Assembly: GCA_001662655.1 (NCBI GenBank)
Contig: KV460279.1
Direction: 5' to 3' (one strand)
DNA: 64,000 nt
Source of the DNA: Pseudogymnoascus verrucosus
Lineage: Eukaryota
Position 1 is the stretch's first letter. Each line of letters opens with the position of its first letter. Positions 13,201 to 27,042 of this stretch are shown piece after piece. The notes under the pieces are model-generated. The model saw only the letters and a program-made list of their open reading frames with translations. It searched no databases and was not told where the DNA came from. The translations under genes and the position numbers were made by a program.

Positions 13201-15562
13201 CCGATGTGCAATAGAACGTTACTCCTGCCGTAGCTCCTCCCATGGAGCCCTATCTCATTGGTGGGAGCGCCCATTGCGGCCCGTTTCAGAATCTGCAGTG
13301 CAAATCAGGACCAAATAAAGTGCGTTCTGCGGCTGCATACTTGTGAGGAGCCGTGAGTGTCCAGATCGCGATCGGCTGAAACCGCAGTGTGTCGGGTTAT
13401 TATCCTAGTCAAACTCGCCGAACAATCAAGCGGGATAATGTCTTGGTTGCTTGCGAAAAGAGGCCAGAAGCATCAGCCACACGGGAAGTTATGAGATGAT
13501 GCGCGAGCTATCACTTTCCTGCGGTCTCGCAGAAGCATGCGCGATGAAGGCCCGACCCGATGGAAGATGAGTGGATGGAAGCATTGAAGCTCCACGACGT
13601 GGGCATGGCAATTGGCGACAAACGTCACCGGCGGGGAACATGTTCAAGTATAGTGGGCTTGCGCGGTCTCATATTTTCGGATTTGGAATCTACGTACAGT
13701 ATGTAATGTACTTTAGCTGTGGATTGCACATACCCCCGCCGGCGGCAGGTGTACAGAGCCATAGAGACAAGAGGCAAGAAACAGAAGGCAAGAGGCAAGA
13801 AACAAAGACTGTGGGCCCAGAAAAGCGTGTTAGAAAATCTTGTTCCGGTCAGCCCCAATGTCTATTTACTGTACAACACGTATTCAAACCCATATGACAG
13901 GTACGAAGGAGCCACAATAAACACGCGTCATAAATTTGAGCTACTCGATTAGACTCTGATAGACTTCTAGTAGACTCTAATTGACCGGGTTTAACTCTTC
14001 GGGATTTATCATTTCCACATCCTCCCGAGGTTTAAACGGCACTTTCAATTTCAATTTCAATATCAACAACACCACCACTCTACGTGGCACCGGACCGATT
14101 CCCGTCTCGGCGACAAGGAGGCGACAAAGAGGCGACAAAGAGAAAGTCAGAAAGTTGTAAGCAGCATCCAGGCCCCAGCACAGACACACAAAGGCACAAA
14201 AGCACAAACTCCCCCTCGTCCCCCTCGTCGCCCCAAAACCCGCACGACCAGCACAGACAAACCATCGCGCAAACACCTGGCCCGTGACATACCTGCCTTC
14301 CCCTGTGTCACTCTCCCACCCCCCGCGTCTACGCATCCACTCCACACCCACAGCGCCACGCTACCGTGTGCGCCATCCTAAAAATACCCATCCCCATCCC
14401 CCCCTAAGTCGCGCGCCGTCGCACCGCCAATAACAACAAAAAAATACGGGGCCAACGCACCCACACCACAGCAACACCGCAGCACGCTACAGGTCGGTCG
14501 CGGTATCCGCTTCTTTGTCGGAGACTTTTCCAACATACCACGTCTGATCGGCGCGCACGCACGTCTGCTTGCGGCGCACCCCCCCCACCCGGGCGGTCGC
14601 CCTTGCGGCACTTACGGCGCCCTGACACGTCACCCGCGTAGCGTGTGCGGAGGTGCAAGAGATGCGTCTCGTCTACGCGTCATCGTGGATTGGGGCGCAG
14701 TCGCGCGGGGCGGGTGAGTGGAGCGGAGAGGTGGTTTCTTCGAATGGGGGGGGGAGGTTGCGGATGTGGGGTGAGTTTGTCTGTTAGAGGCTGGGATTGG
14801 GATAGATGGGGGGGATAGGATGCTGGGATGGCGATCGGATCGTGGGGGGGGGGAGAGGCATGGGAGGGAGGTTAGGGCTTGGTTTCAGGGGGTTGGGGAG
14901 TTCTCGGTTAAGTCGGGGGGGAAAGTACGAGTACGGTGCATGATGGGGGCTGGGATTATTGGGATGATTTGCATTTTTGTGTTCGTTGAGATGCGTTTGT
15001 TATTTGTGTTCTAGTGAGCTTGGACGTATGATGCAGCATCAAAGAGATGCACGCATAGTAAATAAACAGACTTATCAACTTCTTGCCCCTTGATAATTTC
15101 CACCAATCTGGAAATCCCAATCGCAAAAGACTCCAGAACGAGAACATGGAAACGAACGGTGAGGGCCGAGGCTTGTTTCTTCCAAAGTTCATGTGCACTT
15201 GAATTCCATATTCACATGTCTCTGAGATTGGGGACGAGTGTGGTCAAATCTCCATAGCTTCTCTGCTTCTCTTTTTTGCCAATTTCTTCCATCCAAGTCT
15301 ATACCCCCTATCCCGTCTGTAACTACCACCTCATCGACTCCCCACGATGTTGAGCAGCTCAACAGGTGCACACATGCCCGTAGCTCTCCATCAACGCTAT
15401 GCCTGGGACCTTCAGGCTTGACTCCTCAATGTGCATGCATCGCCAAAACCCCGCCCCAAATGTGATGTAAAGGTAAATGAACAATACAATATGTAAAACC
15501 ACGCTCTAGGCAGGCAAACACCCTCACCCGCCAGTGAAAAATCCTATCGTAACAACAACAAT

Positions 15563-17528
15563 CTATAGCTCAATCTCAATGCCCAAGTCAATCGCGCCAA
15601 TGATATCATCATCGCACAACGGCCTCCTCATCGTAGCAATGCCCCCATTCTGCTTCTGCTTCTCCATCTCCGCGTGCAGCTTCGCCATGTGCGGCAGAAC
15701 CCCCGACTCCTTCTTCGGGCTCAGCTTCGGCGTCGCCACCTTAGCAGGCGTGCTAGCACCGCTGCCAGACTCCTTATTCACATCGTGCTTGAGCACAGCG
15801 CGCGTGCGTACGCGACGGCTGTGATCTACAACCGCATCTTCACCACGCGCAATCGCAGCCTCAATCCGGCGCTGCTCGCGCATCTCGCGCAGCTGGGCAG
15901 CCTTAATCTCCTCATTGTTCTTGCGGCGGTTCTCCTGGTTGAGAATAGCGAGGCGGTCCTGCTGGGACAGGGTCCTGGGGCCGGTCTGGGCGGGGGTCTT
16001 GTGGAGGGAGGTGCCGAAGGCGAGTTTGGGGCCCTCGAGGGCGGCGAGCTCGGCTTTGATCTCCTCTTGGCGGTCGACGTCGCCGAGGAGTTTAGCTTGG
16101 TTGAGGCGCTTGTTGAGCTTGTTGCGGTCGACGGACTTGTATTTTGCGGCGAGGGCGCCGGAGCGGCGGAGCTTCTCGGTCAGCTCGGCTTCGGTCCAGC
16201 TGCGGTTCACGAGGGCGTCGATGCGTCCCACCTGGGTGGCGAGCTGGCGGCGAGTAGGGATATTAACCTTCTCGACGGCGCAAGTCTGCATGTAGCGTTT
16301 AAACTCGGCTTCGGTGATGGGCGAGTTAGAACAGGTGAAGAATGGCCAGGGACGGACTGCTTTCCCGTGAGCGGCGGTGACATATTGCGTTGTGACAAAG
16401 GTCTGGCCGTTTTCCTTCTCCAAGGCATACGGTTTGCCCTCTTCAAAGCCTAAAAATTTGTTAAATCGATCCCCGAAGAAACGCAACAGAGGTACTAACC
16501 CATGATTTGAGCCATGCGATAGACATTATCACCAGTCGCCTTATCCGCCCCAACACTGACACGAACAAATCCACCATTGTACGCATCTTCGAAACCAGGA
16601 TAGAAACAGAGCTTCGCAAACTTCGTTCTCCCAATGGACACCTTCTGAACGTCGGGCAATTCGCAAGGCGGAGAGTGTGTCGGCGGGGAGGCTGAACGGC
16701 CATGCTTAGCCTTCCCATCATCCCATTCCAACTCGCTATCCGCACCAGCATCGTCATCGGACTGGTCGTGATTGTTAGCCCTGTGGCCGCCGTTGCGCTC
16801 CAAATCCTCCTTGCGGCGTTTCAATCGGTCAGCCTTCTCATCTCTAGCGCGCTTCAAGCTGTCGATGCCACTGCTCGCCTCTCCGACACGTCCACCACCA
16901 ACCTTGGTGCGCTGCCTGGAAGTCTTGCGCTGGTTTTCGTCCAAGTCGGCATTGCCAGCCTTGCGCTTCTTGTCGCCTCTCTTCTGCTCAGCCTCGCGCG
17001 CGTGGAGGAGTTGGCGCAAAGCCCTATTCTGGCGATCGCGTTCAATTTCCATCGAGCGCTCTGCAAGGATCTCCTCACGTTTGATCTCGGGCATCGCAAG
17101 AATCTCCGCTCTATCAGAGGAATTCACGAATTTGCCCTCGAGCGGGTATCTGTCTCCATCATCGAACATTGCCGGGCCATTGTCTGAATCCGACTCCGAT
17201 TCATCCATAGGAGCTGATCGCTGTGAGTCCGGTGACGAGTTCCTCGAAGAACTAACGCAGAGTCAGCAAATAGTACATTGCAGCGCGCGACGCGATATTT
17301 GAGTCGGGTGGCAAAGTGAGGTCGAGTTGGAAATGCTTACGCTTCGCCCTCTTCTTCCGACTCGGCGCGTCTGCCGCGGGCCTTCTTAGCCGTGCCTTTG
17401 CTCCCAGAAGGCGTGTTTGCGTCTGGGGAGTCCGATGCAGTGCGGGTAGCTGTCACCGGCGCGGTGTCTTCCTCATCCGAGGATGCGTCACCCGCAAGGG
17501 CGAGGAGCTCTTCGTCGATATCCGACAT
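15563..17528 (-). CDS. RTF1: Paf1 complex subunit Rtf1 (Plus3 domain)
   Basis: Exons 17528-17341, 17251-16500 and 16449-15563. MSDIDEELLALAG start, YPLEGKF...MPEIKREEILAER (histone modification domain), Plus3 region FVRVSVG...YRMAQI, C-terminal IDLGIEIEL. Confidence 0.95.
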
Positions 17529-18101
17529 TGTGATAGATTGCGATAGATTATTTGAAGTATGCGATTATGTTGATTGAGTGTATGCAAGGCCTGTGTGCGG
17601 GCGCTGGCACAAAGGGCCTTGGTGAATTCGTGTGCTTGTCGACAAGGGGTTGCCTCGTGAAGCGCAAGAACAGATGAAGCGAACTAGTTAAAGTCCGATA
17701 TCAGAAAGTCACAGACTCGGTGCGATGTATCGGAAAAGTTTGTGAGGCAAAGTAAAGAAGTAGAAGAAAGAAGTTGTCGGGGTTGTTGGAAGAAGAAAGA
17801 ATAAAGAGAGTAAGTAGTCTGGATGGAAATGGAGGGCGATATGGGTCCAGAGGCGGCTGAGGGTGCACTAACTTTATCACGGACAATACTTGTTCCGAAA
17901 ACCTTAAATTTCCGGGCGCCCATGGGTCAGTGGCCGGCCATCATCGGAATGCCAATAATGCCTCGATAAACCTCGAACGCAGCAACAAACCAACAATTTC
18001 CACCTCGAATATCTCAGCTCTGATCTATCTATACGCTTATCTACCAGCTATTTACCATTTATTTGCTACCTTTCTGGCTAAATCTCCTTTATATAGCCAC
18101 A

Positions 18102-18971
18102 ATGGCACCACTCACCACCAAACCCGCAGCCCGCCTCGTCCGATGCAACCTCCCAATATATGATTTCCTTACCCCACGATTCTCCCAAGCAACCCGCACA
18201 CGAGCTCTCCACACATCGCCTCGAGACCGCGCCGCCGCAGCTGCTGCAGCTGCACCTTCCCCCAACACCTCTCCCTCGCCCCCCACCGACAGCGCAGCCA
18301 CCTCGCCCGCCGCAGGAGCTTCCAAGCCCTCCAAACCCCTAACCCAAGCCCAACGAGACTTCCTCTCCAGCGCCGTAAGTCCCCCTTCCTCCCACCTCCC
18401 CCCCCCTCTCTCTCCAGCTAGGACTAACGCCCCCCAGCTCCGCGTCAACCAAGCCGGCGAGCTCGCCGCAACCCTAATCTACCGCGCCCAAACCCCTCCC
18501 ATCGTCGCCTCCCACCCCCACCTCCGGCCATTAATGAAACACATGTACGACCAAGAAGCCGCCCACTTCTCCACCTTCAACGCCCTCCTCGCCAAGCACC
18601 GCGTGCGCCCTACCGCTCTCTACCCCGTCTGGGTGGCCGCCGCCACAGCCCTAGGGTGGGGCACCGCGTTCCTAGGCCGCGAAGCAGCGATGGCGTGTAC
18701 GGAGGCGGTGGAGACGGAGATAGGGGGGCATTATAATGAGCAGGTTGCTACGCTGCTGGAGATGGTTGAGGGGATGGAGGAGGAGGGGGTGGAGGTGGGG
18801 GGGGAGTTGAGGGGGTTGGTGGGGGAGATTAGGAGGATTAGGGATGAGGAGTTGGAGCATTTGGATCATGCGGTGGAGAATGATGCGAAGTTGGCGGTGC
18901 CGCATGAGTTGTTGACGGGGGTTATTAGGTTGGGGTGTCGAGGGGCGATTTGGGTTAGTGAGAGGGTGTGA
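18102..18971 (+). CDS. COQ7: 5-demethoxyubiquinone hydroxylase, mitochondrial
   Basis: LRVNQAGELAATLIY, HMYDQE..H, AMACTEAVETEIGGHYNEQ, IRDEELEHLD di-iron motifs; Arg-rich presequence; 63-nt intron at 18375-18437. Confidence 0.95.
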   Translation: MAPLTTKPAARLVRCNLPIYDFLTPRFSQATRTRALHTSPRDRAAAAAAAAPSPNTSPSPPTDSAATSPAAGASKPSKPLTQAQRDFLSSAVSPPSSHLPPPLSPARTNAPQLRVNQAGELAATLIYRAQTPPIVASHPHLRPLMKHMYDQEAAHFSTFNALLAKHRVRPTALYPVWVAAATALGWGTAFLGREAAMACTEAVETEIGGHYNEQVATLLEMVEGMEEEGVEVGGELRGLVGEIRRIRDEELEHLDHAVENDAKLAVPHELLTGVIRLGCRGAIWVSERV

Positions 18972-19338
18972 GGAGGTTGGGGGTGGGTGTGTATGTTGTA
19001 TAGAAAGAAGAGGTACGAATATGTATAACTGTCATATTATGTAATTAGTTGTATTCCAAGAGAGGACAATAACGATGTCCAAAAGATATTTATTACACAT
19101 ATGATGGCATTGTTATACTATGTTTAAACAAGTCTATTCGAACTGACTACAAGAATATACACCATAATCGCTAGACCATGCAACCCCCCTTCTTCACTCC
19201 CCACCGACGCCAAATCACATCGACGAATATGTACGGCTCTCTAATATCAATACTTACGTTTCGAGCTTTCCCCATGCCATCCAACTCACATCATCTCCAC
19301 CGTCTCCCATCATCCCACTGCATCTCACTTCGCCTTGC

Positions 19339-22300
19339 TTAATCACTAAAAAGACTACGTTAGAATCCACTCCGCAAAAAAAAACCTGCAGTTTGAATCT
19401 GCCAGGGGAGGGGAGAGGAAAACTTACTAAATCTGCAACGGCGCCACCTGATCAACCTGATACAGCCAATTACTATTATGCTCCTCCGACTTCAACCACT
19501 CCGTCGGGAACACCACCAAATTTCCCTGCACAAGCTCCAGCATCGACAACGCCTCCTCGCGCGTCAACAGATCCTCCGCAGCCGAGAACCCCTTCTTACT
19601 CTTCGTCGTCCCGCGCCTGCGCCTCGCCCTCGTCGAGCCCTGGTGCGTAGGCGCCGCGGTGCTCTCCGTTGCGCCAGTAGTGGTAGTAGTAGGTAGGGAC
19701 GCAGAGAAGGTAGTCGTGCGCGTAGTCGTCGAGTCTAGACCCGTAGTCGGGACACGGGCTGCAGCGCTATCGATGGTGCTCTGGCGATCAACAGGCGCAG
19801 GGGACTTCTCGTCGAATTCTGGTCCCTTGCTCTTGGAGAGTGTAGCTTCCATCTCGGCTGCATTGGAGAGATGTCTATGTCTCGCATCCGCATCGTCGGC
19901 CCACTTCTTCACGCCGCCGTGGGGATGTTCGTCGTCGGCGTGACCAGCAGCGCTCAGTTTCTCAGCAACATTTGTGACGGTCTCACCCAACACGCCAAGG
20001 CTTTGCAGCGGCATGGTAGCACCAGGTGGGCCACTCTTGCCTTTACTCTCCTGCTCCTGTCTGCCCTCGCTCTTGACGCCCTGGGACTGGGCGAAGCGCT
20101 CGGAGTAGGCCTGGAACTCGGTGTACTCGTGCCAGTTCGTGACTTCGTTGTCGGGGTTGCAGCGGAAGACGCGGCGGAAGATCTTGGTGTTGTTCTCGGC
20201 GATGCGGGTCCACACGTCGTCGAAGAAGGTGTCGTTGAGGGGGTCGCGCATGCAGTCCTTGTCCACGAGGGCACGCGTAATATCCGCGGTTAAGGGGTTG
20301 AAACCCGCGTTTTTGCCACCCTTGGGGTCTCTGTACACCGGGGGACCGCCAATATCCGTATCATCGACGACAGGGAGAGAAGGAAGTTGAGAAAGCTGTG
20401 GTAGTCCCAAAGTCTCTGTGTTGCTACGGGTCGAGAGAAAAGGAGGTAAACCAATGTTACCGGTCTCCTTAGCCTGTTCCGACTCTTTGCCTGCTTTCGA
20501 AGCACGTCGTTTATGTGGGTGCTTCGGATGTTGAAGAGTACCTTTACCCTCAGGGGCAATATCGGCGACCAAAACCTCGCGTCCACTAATCAGTGTCGAG
20601 TCGCGGCCGTGGATTAACCCAGACTCCTCAGCCTGTATCATCCTATCCGGGCCATCGCCCTCAACATCTGGAACCCCATTCCCTTCCTCATTCGAGGAAC
20701 GCGTCTTCGCACTAACATGTGCGCGCATGAAGTTCGAATTACCCTCCCCATCCGTATCAACACTATTGTTGAAACTATGCAGGCTGCTATTCTGGGCAGT
20801 CGTATCGGCCTTCTTGCGCGCCGGGCGGGCCTGGCCGCTTGCAAACTCGTTATCGGAATCGTCGTCGTAGACACCGTCCATTCTGGACTCGAACAGCTCT
20901 TCCTCTCGGTCTAATTCGGCGCGGCGCTCTTCTTCCATGACGTCGTCTACGTCAATGCCGATATGCTCACGCATAAGACGCATTCGCAGCGTGTGCGCAA
21001 AGCGGCCCACCTGGAACGGCTCACCGCCCATAGTTGACCACAGGACATCCGTGTCTCTGACGACAGCAGCACACTCTGAATCTCTCGAGCCCAACATAGA
21101 CCTCTCATTGATATTGGCCGATCCAATAAGCGCAATGCGATCATCCACGATGATAACCTTCGCGTGAATATACAGCTGCTCCGTGACCAGCGTCTTGTTC
21201 GGCCCGATCTTGCCCCAAGCTCTCAAACTGTAAAAGGAGACGAAATCCTCGGGCTCAATGCCTTCATTTCTCAGTCGCCCAAATATGGAGTTCTCGCCAC
21301 GCGAGATACTGCGGAACTGGCACTGCATGATCAAACGAACACTGGTCCCATCTGGTGCATCGACCGTGTTCTGGAATCCGGGCATGAGTGGGATGAGAAT
21401 GACAATGCGCCAGTTCTCATTGTTCTTGTACGCCCTCACTGCGCGCTCGACGATGGCATCACCGATCTTGTTGACAATCTTCACGCCCATCGTCTCACAG
21501 CTCGTAATGAAGAACTGGTTCTCCATGTAGACGAAATGCTCCGACTCCTCGATCATCTTGCAATACGCGTTCATGATGCTGTGTTCAGTGTCATCGATTC
21601 CCAGCGACCAGTTGGAAGCCGATCGCAAGATCTGTACTTCGCACGTGCCGTTCAGTCCAAGGCTTTCAAGCTCAGATTGGCTAAAATCTGGTGGAGGCAG
21701 TAAGAACGGTGTTGGCCTCGTTGGCTTTCGGCCCCGTAGGACATAATTCCAGCGCTGAACAAAATGCCTTGTCAGATCGCGAGCCGGTTGCCCAACAACT
21801 TGCATGGAGACGTCGTGCCACGGCATTCTCGGTGTTTTCGAACGATCATACATCTCAGCATACGGTGCATTCAATTGGAAGAAGTCCTGCACACGAGGAT
21901 TCGAGTAATCCTTTCCAGGCCATAACTGGCAGTGGTCGGCATCCTTCGGCTCATCCGAGTGTTCAAAGCCAGTAGGCTTGTCGTCACAAACAGAGTGCTG
22001 CGGGGTGTCCCACCTACCAAAGCACAAATCGATGCCTCCAACAAACGCCACTGTGTGATCAACAATGCAAATCTTCTCGTGATGCGCAAAGAAGAACTGA
22101 TTCTTCTTGAACTGGTTAGGAGATCTCTGGAGGAAGATATTCGGATGCAGATCCAGCATCGAGAACTTGGTGAACTCAGAGTCGATGGGGACAGCAGCCT
22201 CAACATTACGGTAGATGATGATGAAGATCTTAACGCCTTCCCGGGCCTTCTTCCGGAGAAGTCGATCCAATCGCCACTTCTGGCTGATTGCTGCCGGACG

Positions 22301-24829
22301 ACGCATATACAACTGAGGACTGAGCCACCAATCATGGATATAGATAACGTCCTTAGCCATGTTGATGGCGCGAGATACATTCCACATGTAATCCCGACCA
22401 TCCACAAGCCATTGCGCATAAACTCCCTGTCGGACGGGAGCGAAACTATCAAAGCGATTCGGCTTAGACCACAGCGATGTTTTCATAATGAACTGAATCG
22501 ACTCCTGGAACTGTCTCATGATCCGCTCGTTCTTGGCCAAGAGATCAATCCTCCTCTCCGAATTGCGCAACTTGAGCCTGTGATGCTGGGGATACGTCGC
22601 CTTGGTCTTGGCTCTGATGGCCATATCCATGGCATTCGTATCCTTGATTTTCTGCTTCAGCTTCTTCTCCTTGGACACGATCTCAAACTTGCCATCGAGG
22701 AGATACACGTCGTAAATATGCATATTCTCAGGCGAATCCACACAGACAATATAACTGTGCCGAACCAGGAACCACTTCGGCGTATGCCTCGCGAATATCG
22801 CAGTCGGCGTAAGTATCCTCCTAAAATCAATCCCCTTCGACGTCCCAAAGACCAGGAACCCCTCCTTGCCATGATAGCTCCCCTCAGCCGCAAGTCTAAC
22901 GCCCAGCGCGGACAGCTCGAGGAACTTACACAGGCGGTTGCTATCAGCCCGGAAAATAAGCCAGCGTATCATCGCCTGCAAATACTCCTCGAGCTTCTTC
23001 CGTTGCCTCTCGTTGTATTGCCTCTTGGCCTCCCTGGCGTGTATCGCAATCTCTTCTGCAGTCATGCCGGCGGTGCTCTCGAGTTGGGCACTGGATCTCC
23101 TGCGGTGTCCCATACCTGGGCGTGTCGGCCTTCTTCTCCTACCAGGCAAGTCTAGCTCGCTGTGTGTGGCTTCGCCAGCGGTGTCATCACCTCTAATTGT
23201 ATCAGCATCCCCACCTTCTTCGTCGCTGTCGCCTATACCACGAACGCCTCTGAGATAAGGAAACGCTGTCCTGGGGAACTTTGGCTGTTTCGGCCTGTGC
23301 TCTATATCTCTCAGTTGAAGATACTTGTCGGTGCTGGCCTGGAGCTTGTATCGCAGATGCAGGTTCAAGAAATCCTTCAGTGACCGATCAATAACCCACT
23401 TCATGCGGTTCTGGCCACTACCATACTCGAGCATGATGCGGTAATTAAGGTGCCGTTCTGACTCGGCGACTTTGCCGTCCTGGGTAGTACTACTATCGGT
23501 AATCGTGAGCTTGAGCTGTTCAAGCAAGACCGGTATCCTCTTGTTGCCGTGCTCATCTCTTTGAATCATGCTCGCCAGCATCAAGGCAGCCGGTGCACCA
23601 GCACGCAGCTCCGCCATCAACTCTGCAGATTTCTTGTAGTCAACCATGTGAGGCTCTTTCTTTTGTCCCAGCAGCTTAAGTCCATGTTTGACAACTCCCC
23701 AGCGACGTGCTGCCGCGCCGGTAGTTCCTGCCCGATCAAAGCCCAAGAATGGCCGCCTCGGCGATTGGCCCTCGTTATCAGATCCACCCATACCCGTCAG
23801 TCGTCTGAGTGTGAGTGGTCGGCGCCCAGGAGTCACATTGGGATCATTCGGATTGCTCCCTGTATAATTATGGCCGCGCCCTCCAGATACCCATGAGCTT
23901 CCCTTTCTCCAAGCAGATCCCATGCCCAGTCTGTCCCTTCCTTCGCCTTCAGAGACGCCGCCACGAGGTTCCTCGAGATCATCAGGCATAGTGTTTCGGC
24001 GTCTAATCCTGCTAGACGATGCGCCCACTTCCGCTGAGGTCGAATGGTCGATTTGCAGGCTTCCCCAGGGCGGCCTACGGTATCGACGCTTCTTCTTCGC
24101 ACGTGCAGCATCTTCCACGGTTTGTTCATCAGCTGTTTGCTCCGCATCGGCATCGGCATCGCTGCCCTCCTCCTCCAGAGTCCCAGGCACCCCAATTGAC
24201 GAGCCAAATCTATCCGCAGTCGGCGAGTGCGGTGCAGATAACGACCCCCCAGCGTAAGGTTGTATATTGCCCGTGCTTTTGCTCCGTGTGTGTGTGTTCA
24301 ATCCTCCTGTTATTGCCAGAGCTCTCAGTTTAGACATGAGAGATATGCCTTTGCCCTGCGGATCCCCGTCCGCATCTGAGACATCCCATCGCGCTGGTAT
24401 TGCTATATCCGCCGAATCTGTTCTTGCGAATTGTACACTCCTTCGTCCGGGGGGCGTTTGTGTCCCACTGTAGATAGCTCCCCTGACGCTTGGTGCAGCG
24501 GAAGTTTGTCTGATGCTCGATGGCCGGGAGATTGCGGACGCTTCTGTTGAGGCAATGGGCGGAGGAGTCCCTGAAGATTCGTGCGGGAGGCCCCCATTCA
24601 TATAGTCATCCGCCTCGCGCAGCTCTGCCTGGCGTGGTGTTGTGGGCTGGCTGGAGTCCTTGAAGGTCGGCCGTAAATCCGTTGTGGTTGAGCCATCGGT
24701 GTTGAGTTCGGTGCGGAGACCCGATTGTCGGAATGCCGCTGTGGGAATGTTCGTAGAGCTTGCAGCCGGCGAGAGGTTCGCAGGACTCCGCGTCATGGGT
24801 GATATGGATGTGTCGTCGTGTTTGGCCAT
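19339..24829 (-). CDS. SPO14: Phospholipase D1 (PX-PH-PLD)
   Basis: Two HKD motifs (HHEKICIVD, YIHAKVIIVD...GSANINERS), IYIHDWWLSP, PRMPWHD. A terminal intron at 19346-19427 gives the C-terminus LQIYD*. Confidence 0.95.
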
Positions 24830-26130
24830 GCCTGCGCTTTCAACTCCTGAGCCCAGAGTGTTCGGGTCGATCTGCAACTGTCAATTTCCCTTTCCCTCGT
24901 AACCAAAGCATCTGTAGCAATGCCTTCAAGCCCAAGCATTCAAGCAATATGAAAGGTAGATTGTAATTGAAACATGAAAGTAATTTAATCGTACAGAAGG
25001 CCACAGTCGGTGGTTGTTTGGCTGTCGTTTTTGTCTCCAGGCCAATTTAATGGATGTCGTTGCGCCGAGACTCCCTAAATCTGAAAGCGCGACCCGCGAC
25101 CCTACGTGGAAATTTATGGTCTCCCCAGATGCCACTTGGTACTTATAAATCACGCAGCTCTGGCATTTGAAGCCACATATATTCTATTCTACTGGTTCTA
25201 TATAATGGGTGATTGCTTCTCACATATTACTCTTTATTTGTTTATTATGCCTCTTACAAAGTTGTCGGAATACTGCAGCAATCAACAGTCGTACTCAACA
25301 AAAAGTAAGATTAGTACCTTGTAGGTGTTGACAGCAGTTGAGGTACACGCATGTCGGAGTTCCGGGATGATGTCAGTTCTGCTTACGGGCCCACCAACCT
25401 AAGTGGAAGGATATAACACGTTCCTTTTATTTTCAGCCTCCACCATTCATTCAACTCTCTCAGAGGTAAACGATTGTGACTGAAAATCGAATCCAAACTA
25501 TACAGCCTGTTATGGTAGACTATGTTTGTTGTTCTCTTCCCTCTTAATATCAGATCATCAATCTCTTTTGTTAACAAAAACATACGAGGCCAAGTCTTCG
25601 ACTTCACTCCAAAGGCTAAGGTGAGGAAAGCTTCCTTCATTGGAATCTATTACTTTACTTAGTTGTGCTTTCTTTTCTATTTCACTACTATAACAGTTAT
25701 GAGGCTGTTTTGTATATACTTCCTACTTCAACTTTTCCTTTTACTTTGTTTGTTAACCGTAAGACGGAATTCGCGGCAAATTACGGTCCCAGGACCGTTT
25801 TGAGGTTTACAACCGTTTTGAGGTAATTCCAACTCAACCTCGCCCACTTTAGTTTATTTCTTTCTTTTCGCGTCAACCTCACTACTCTCTCCCTCTTCCT
25901 CTTTAGTCCCATCTTGAGGTCTAAGAAATTCCACATCTATTTTCTTCAAAATTGGGATTTATGGTATACCAATCAGTCTTAGATATCGTGAACCTCCCCT
26001 TTATTTCAATTTCACCTTCAGGTCTGCCCTTCTGGTCTGAGGCCCATCCACCACCTTCGTTTTCGTCTATCAAGGAAGACACATCCTCGATATCCGCTCT
26101 CATCAACTTTTACCTCGTGTGATTCCTACG

Positions 26131-27042
26131 ATGAAGCGCCGTCAGGAAGCGGCTGCTGCAGTTGGATTCACTCTCTATGGCAAAGGAGCTGGTGCAGTGG
26201 TGGGGGGAACGCTCGACGCAGCTATTAGGTCGGAGATGAGGAATGCGTATCCCGACGTGCAGCAGCACGAAATCGAGGCAAAATGGAAAGGAATGATGGA
26301 GATCTTGGACCGCGAAACGCGCTACGTGTTCCTCATGAATTTCCAGCATTGTGTTCCGGGGCTAAAGGAAGGACTTATCGCGAAGATCGCCCCGACCTGA
26401 AGTGGTTCTCGAGAACCTACGCAAGCTTGCGGGCCTTCATAATGGATAAGTCGAAGCAGATGAGATACAACATGCTGAAGAGTCTACAAGTAAGCCATAC
26501 AACTCTGATTCCGACACACCTACTAATACCCCCGCAGTTACATGTGAAGACTGCTGTACAAGACGCCCCAGATTTGCTCGAAGGCTGTCTTAGCATGGAG
26601 GATCTAGTGGCACATTTCCAAGAGCTCTACACTCCCGAGAACTTTCTCCAGGCCTTCGGATTCATCCAGCATTAATTACATCGACATCAAAAAAAGCACC
26701 GATCTCGGACAGTACTACATTGAGGAAGTATATTCGCACTACTGTGCGAAAACCAAACTCTTCCTGGACTGGGAGTCCGATCCCGAGCGCGAAGCCGAAA
26801 GCCCGTACAACAAAACGCGTCTCGTAGAATTCATGGAGCAATTCCCAACGGTCGCCAACTTTGATCGCCTTGAACGCGACGACTTTCACGAACTTACTAC
26901 CAAAAGGATTCGCAATCGCCCGGACAAACCATTTGAGGCCCACGGTCTCGTTCGCGGGACCGACTTCTTTCCCAGCCGCGAGGCGCCGCCGCCGTCGAAG
27001 AGGCAGCGTTTGGGGCTGAGTTCTGGGTCTGTGTGCGGTTAG
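26131..27042 (+). pseudogene. Frameshifted orphan gene of unknown function
   Basis: Three protein-like segments (MKRRQEA...GLIA / EDRPDLKWF...AFGFI / INYIDIKK...PPPSKRQRL) joined by two frame changes near 26380 and 26670. Canonical intron at 26490-26537 (GTAAGC...TACTAA...CAG). Confidence 0.5.

Noticed and set aside
21932..23155. 407-aa plus-strand ORF
   Set aside because: Antisense shadow of PLD1 with no recognisable motifs.
25383..26106. Two short minus-strand ORFs as a possible transposon remnant
   Set aside because: No transposase or RT motifs, terminal repeats or target-site duplication recognised.
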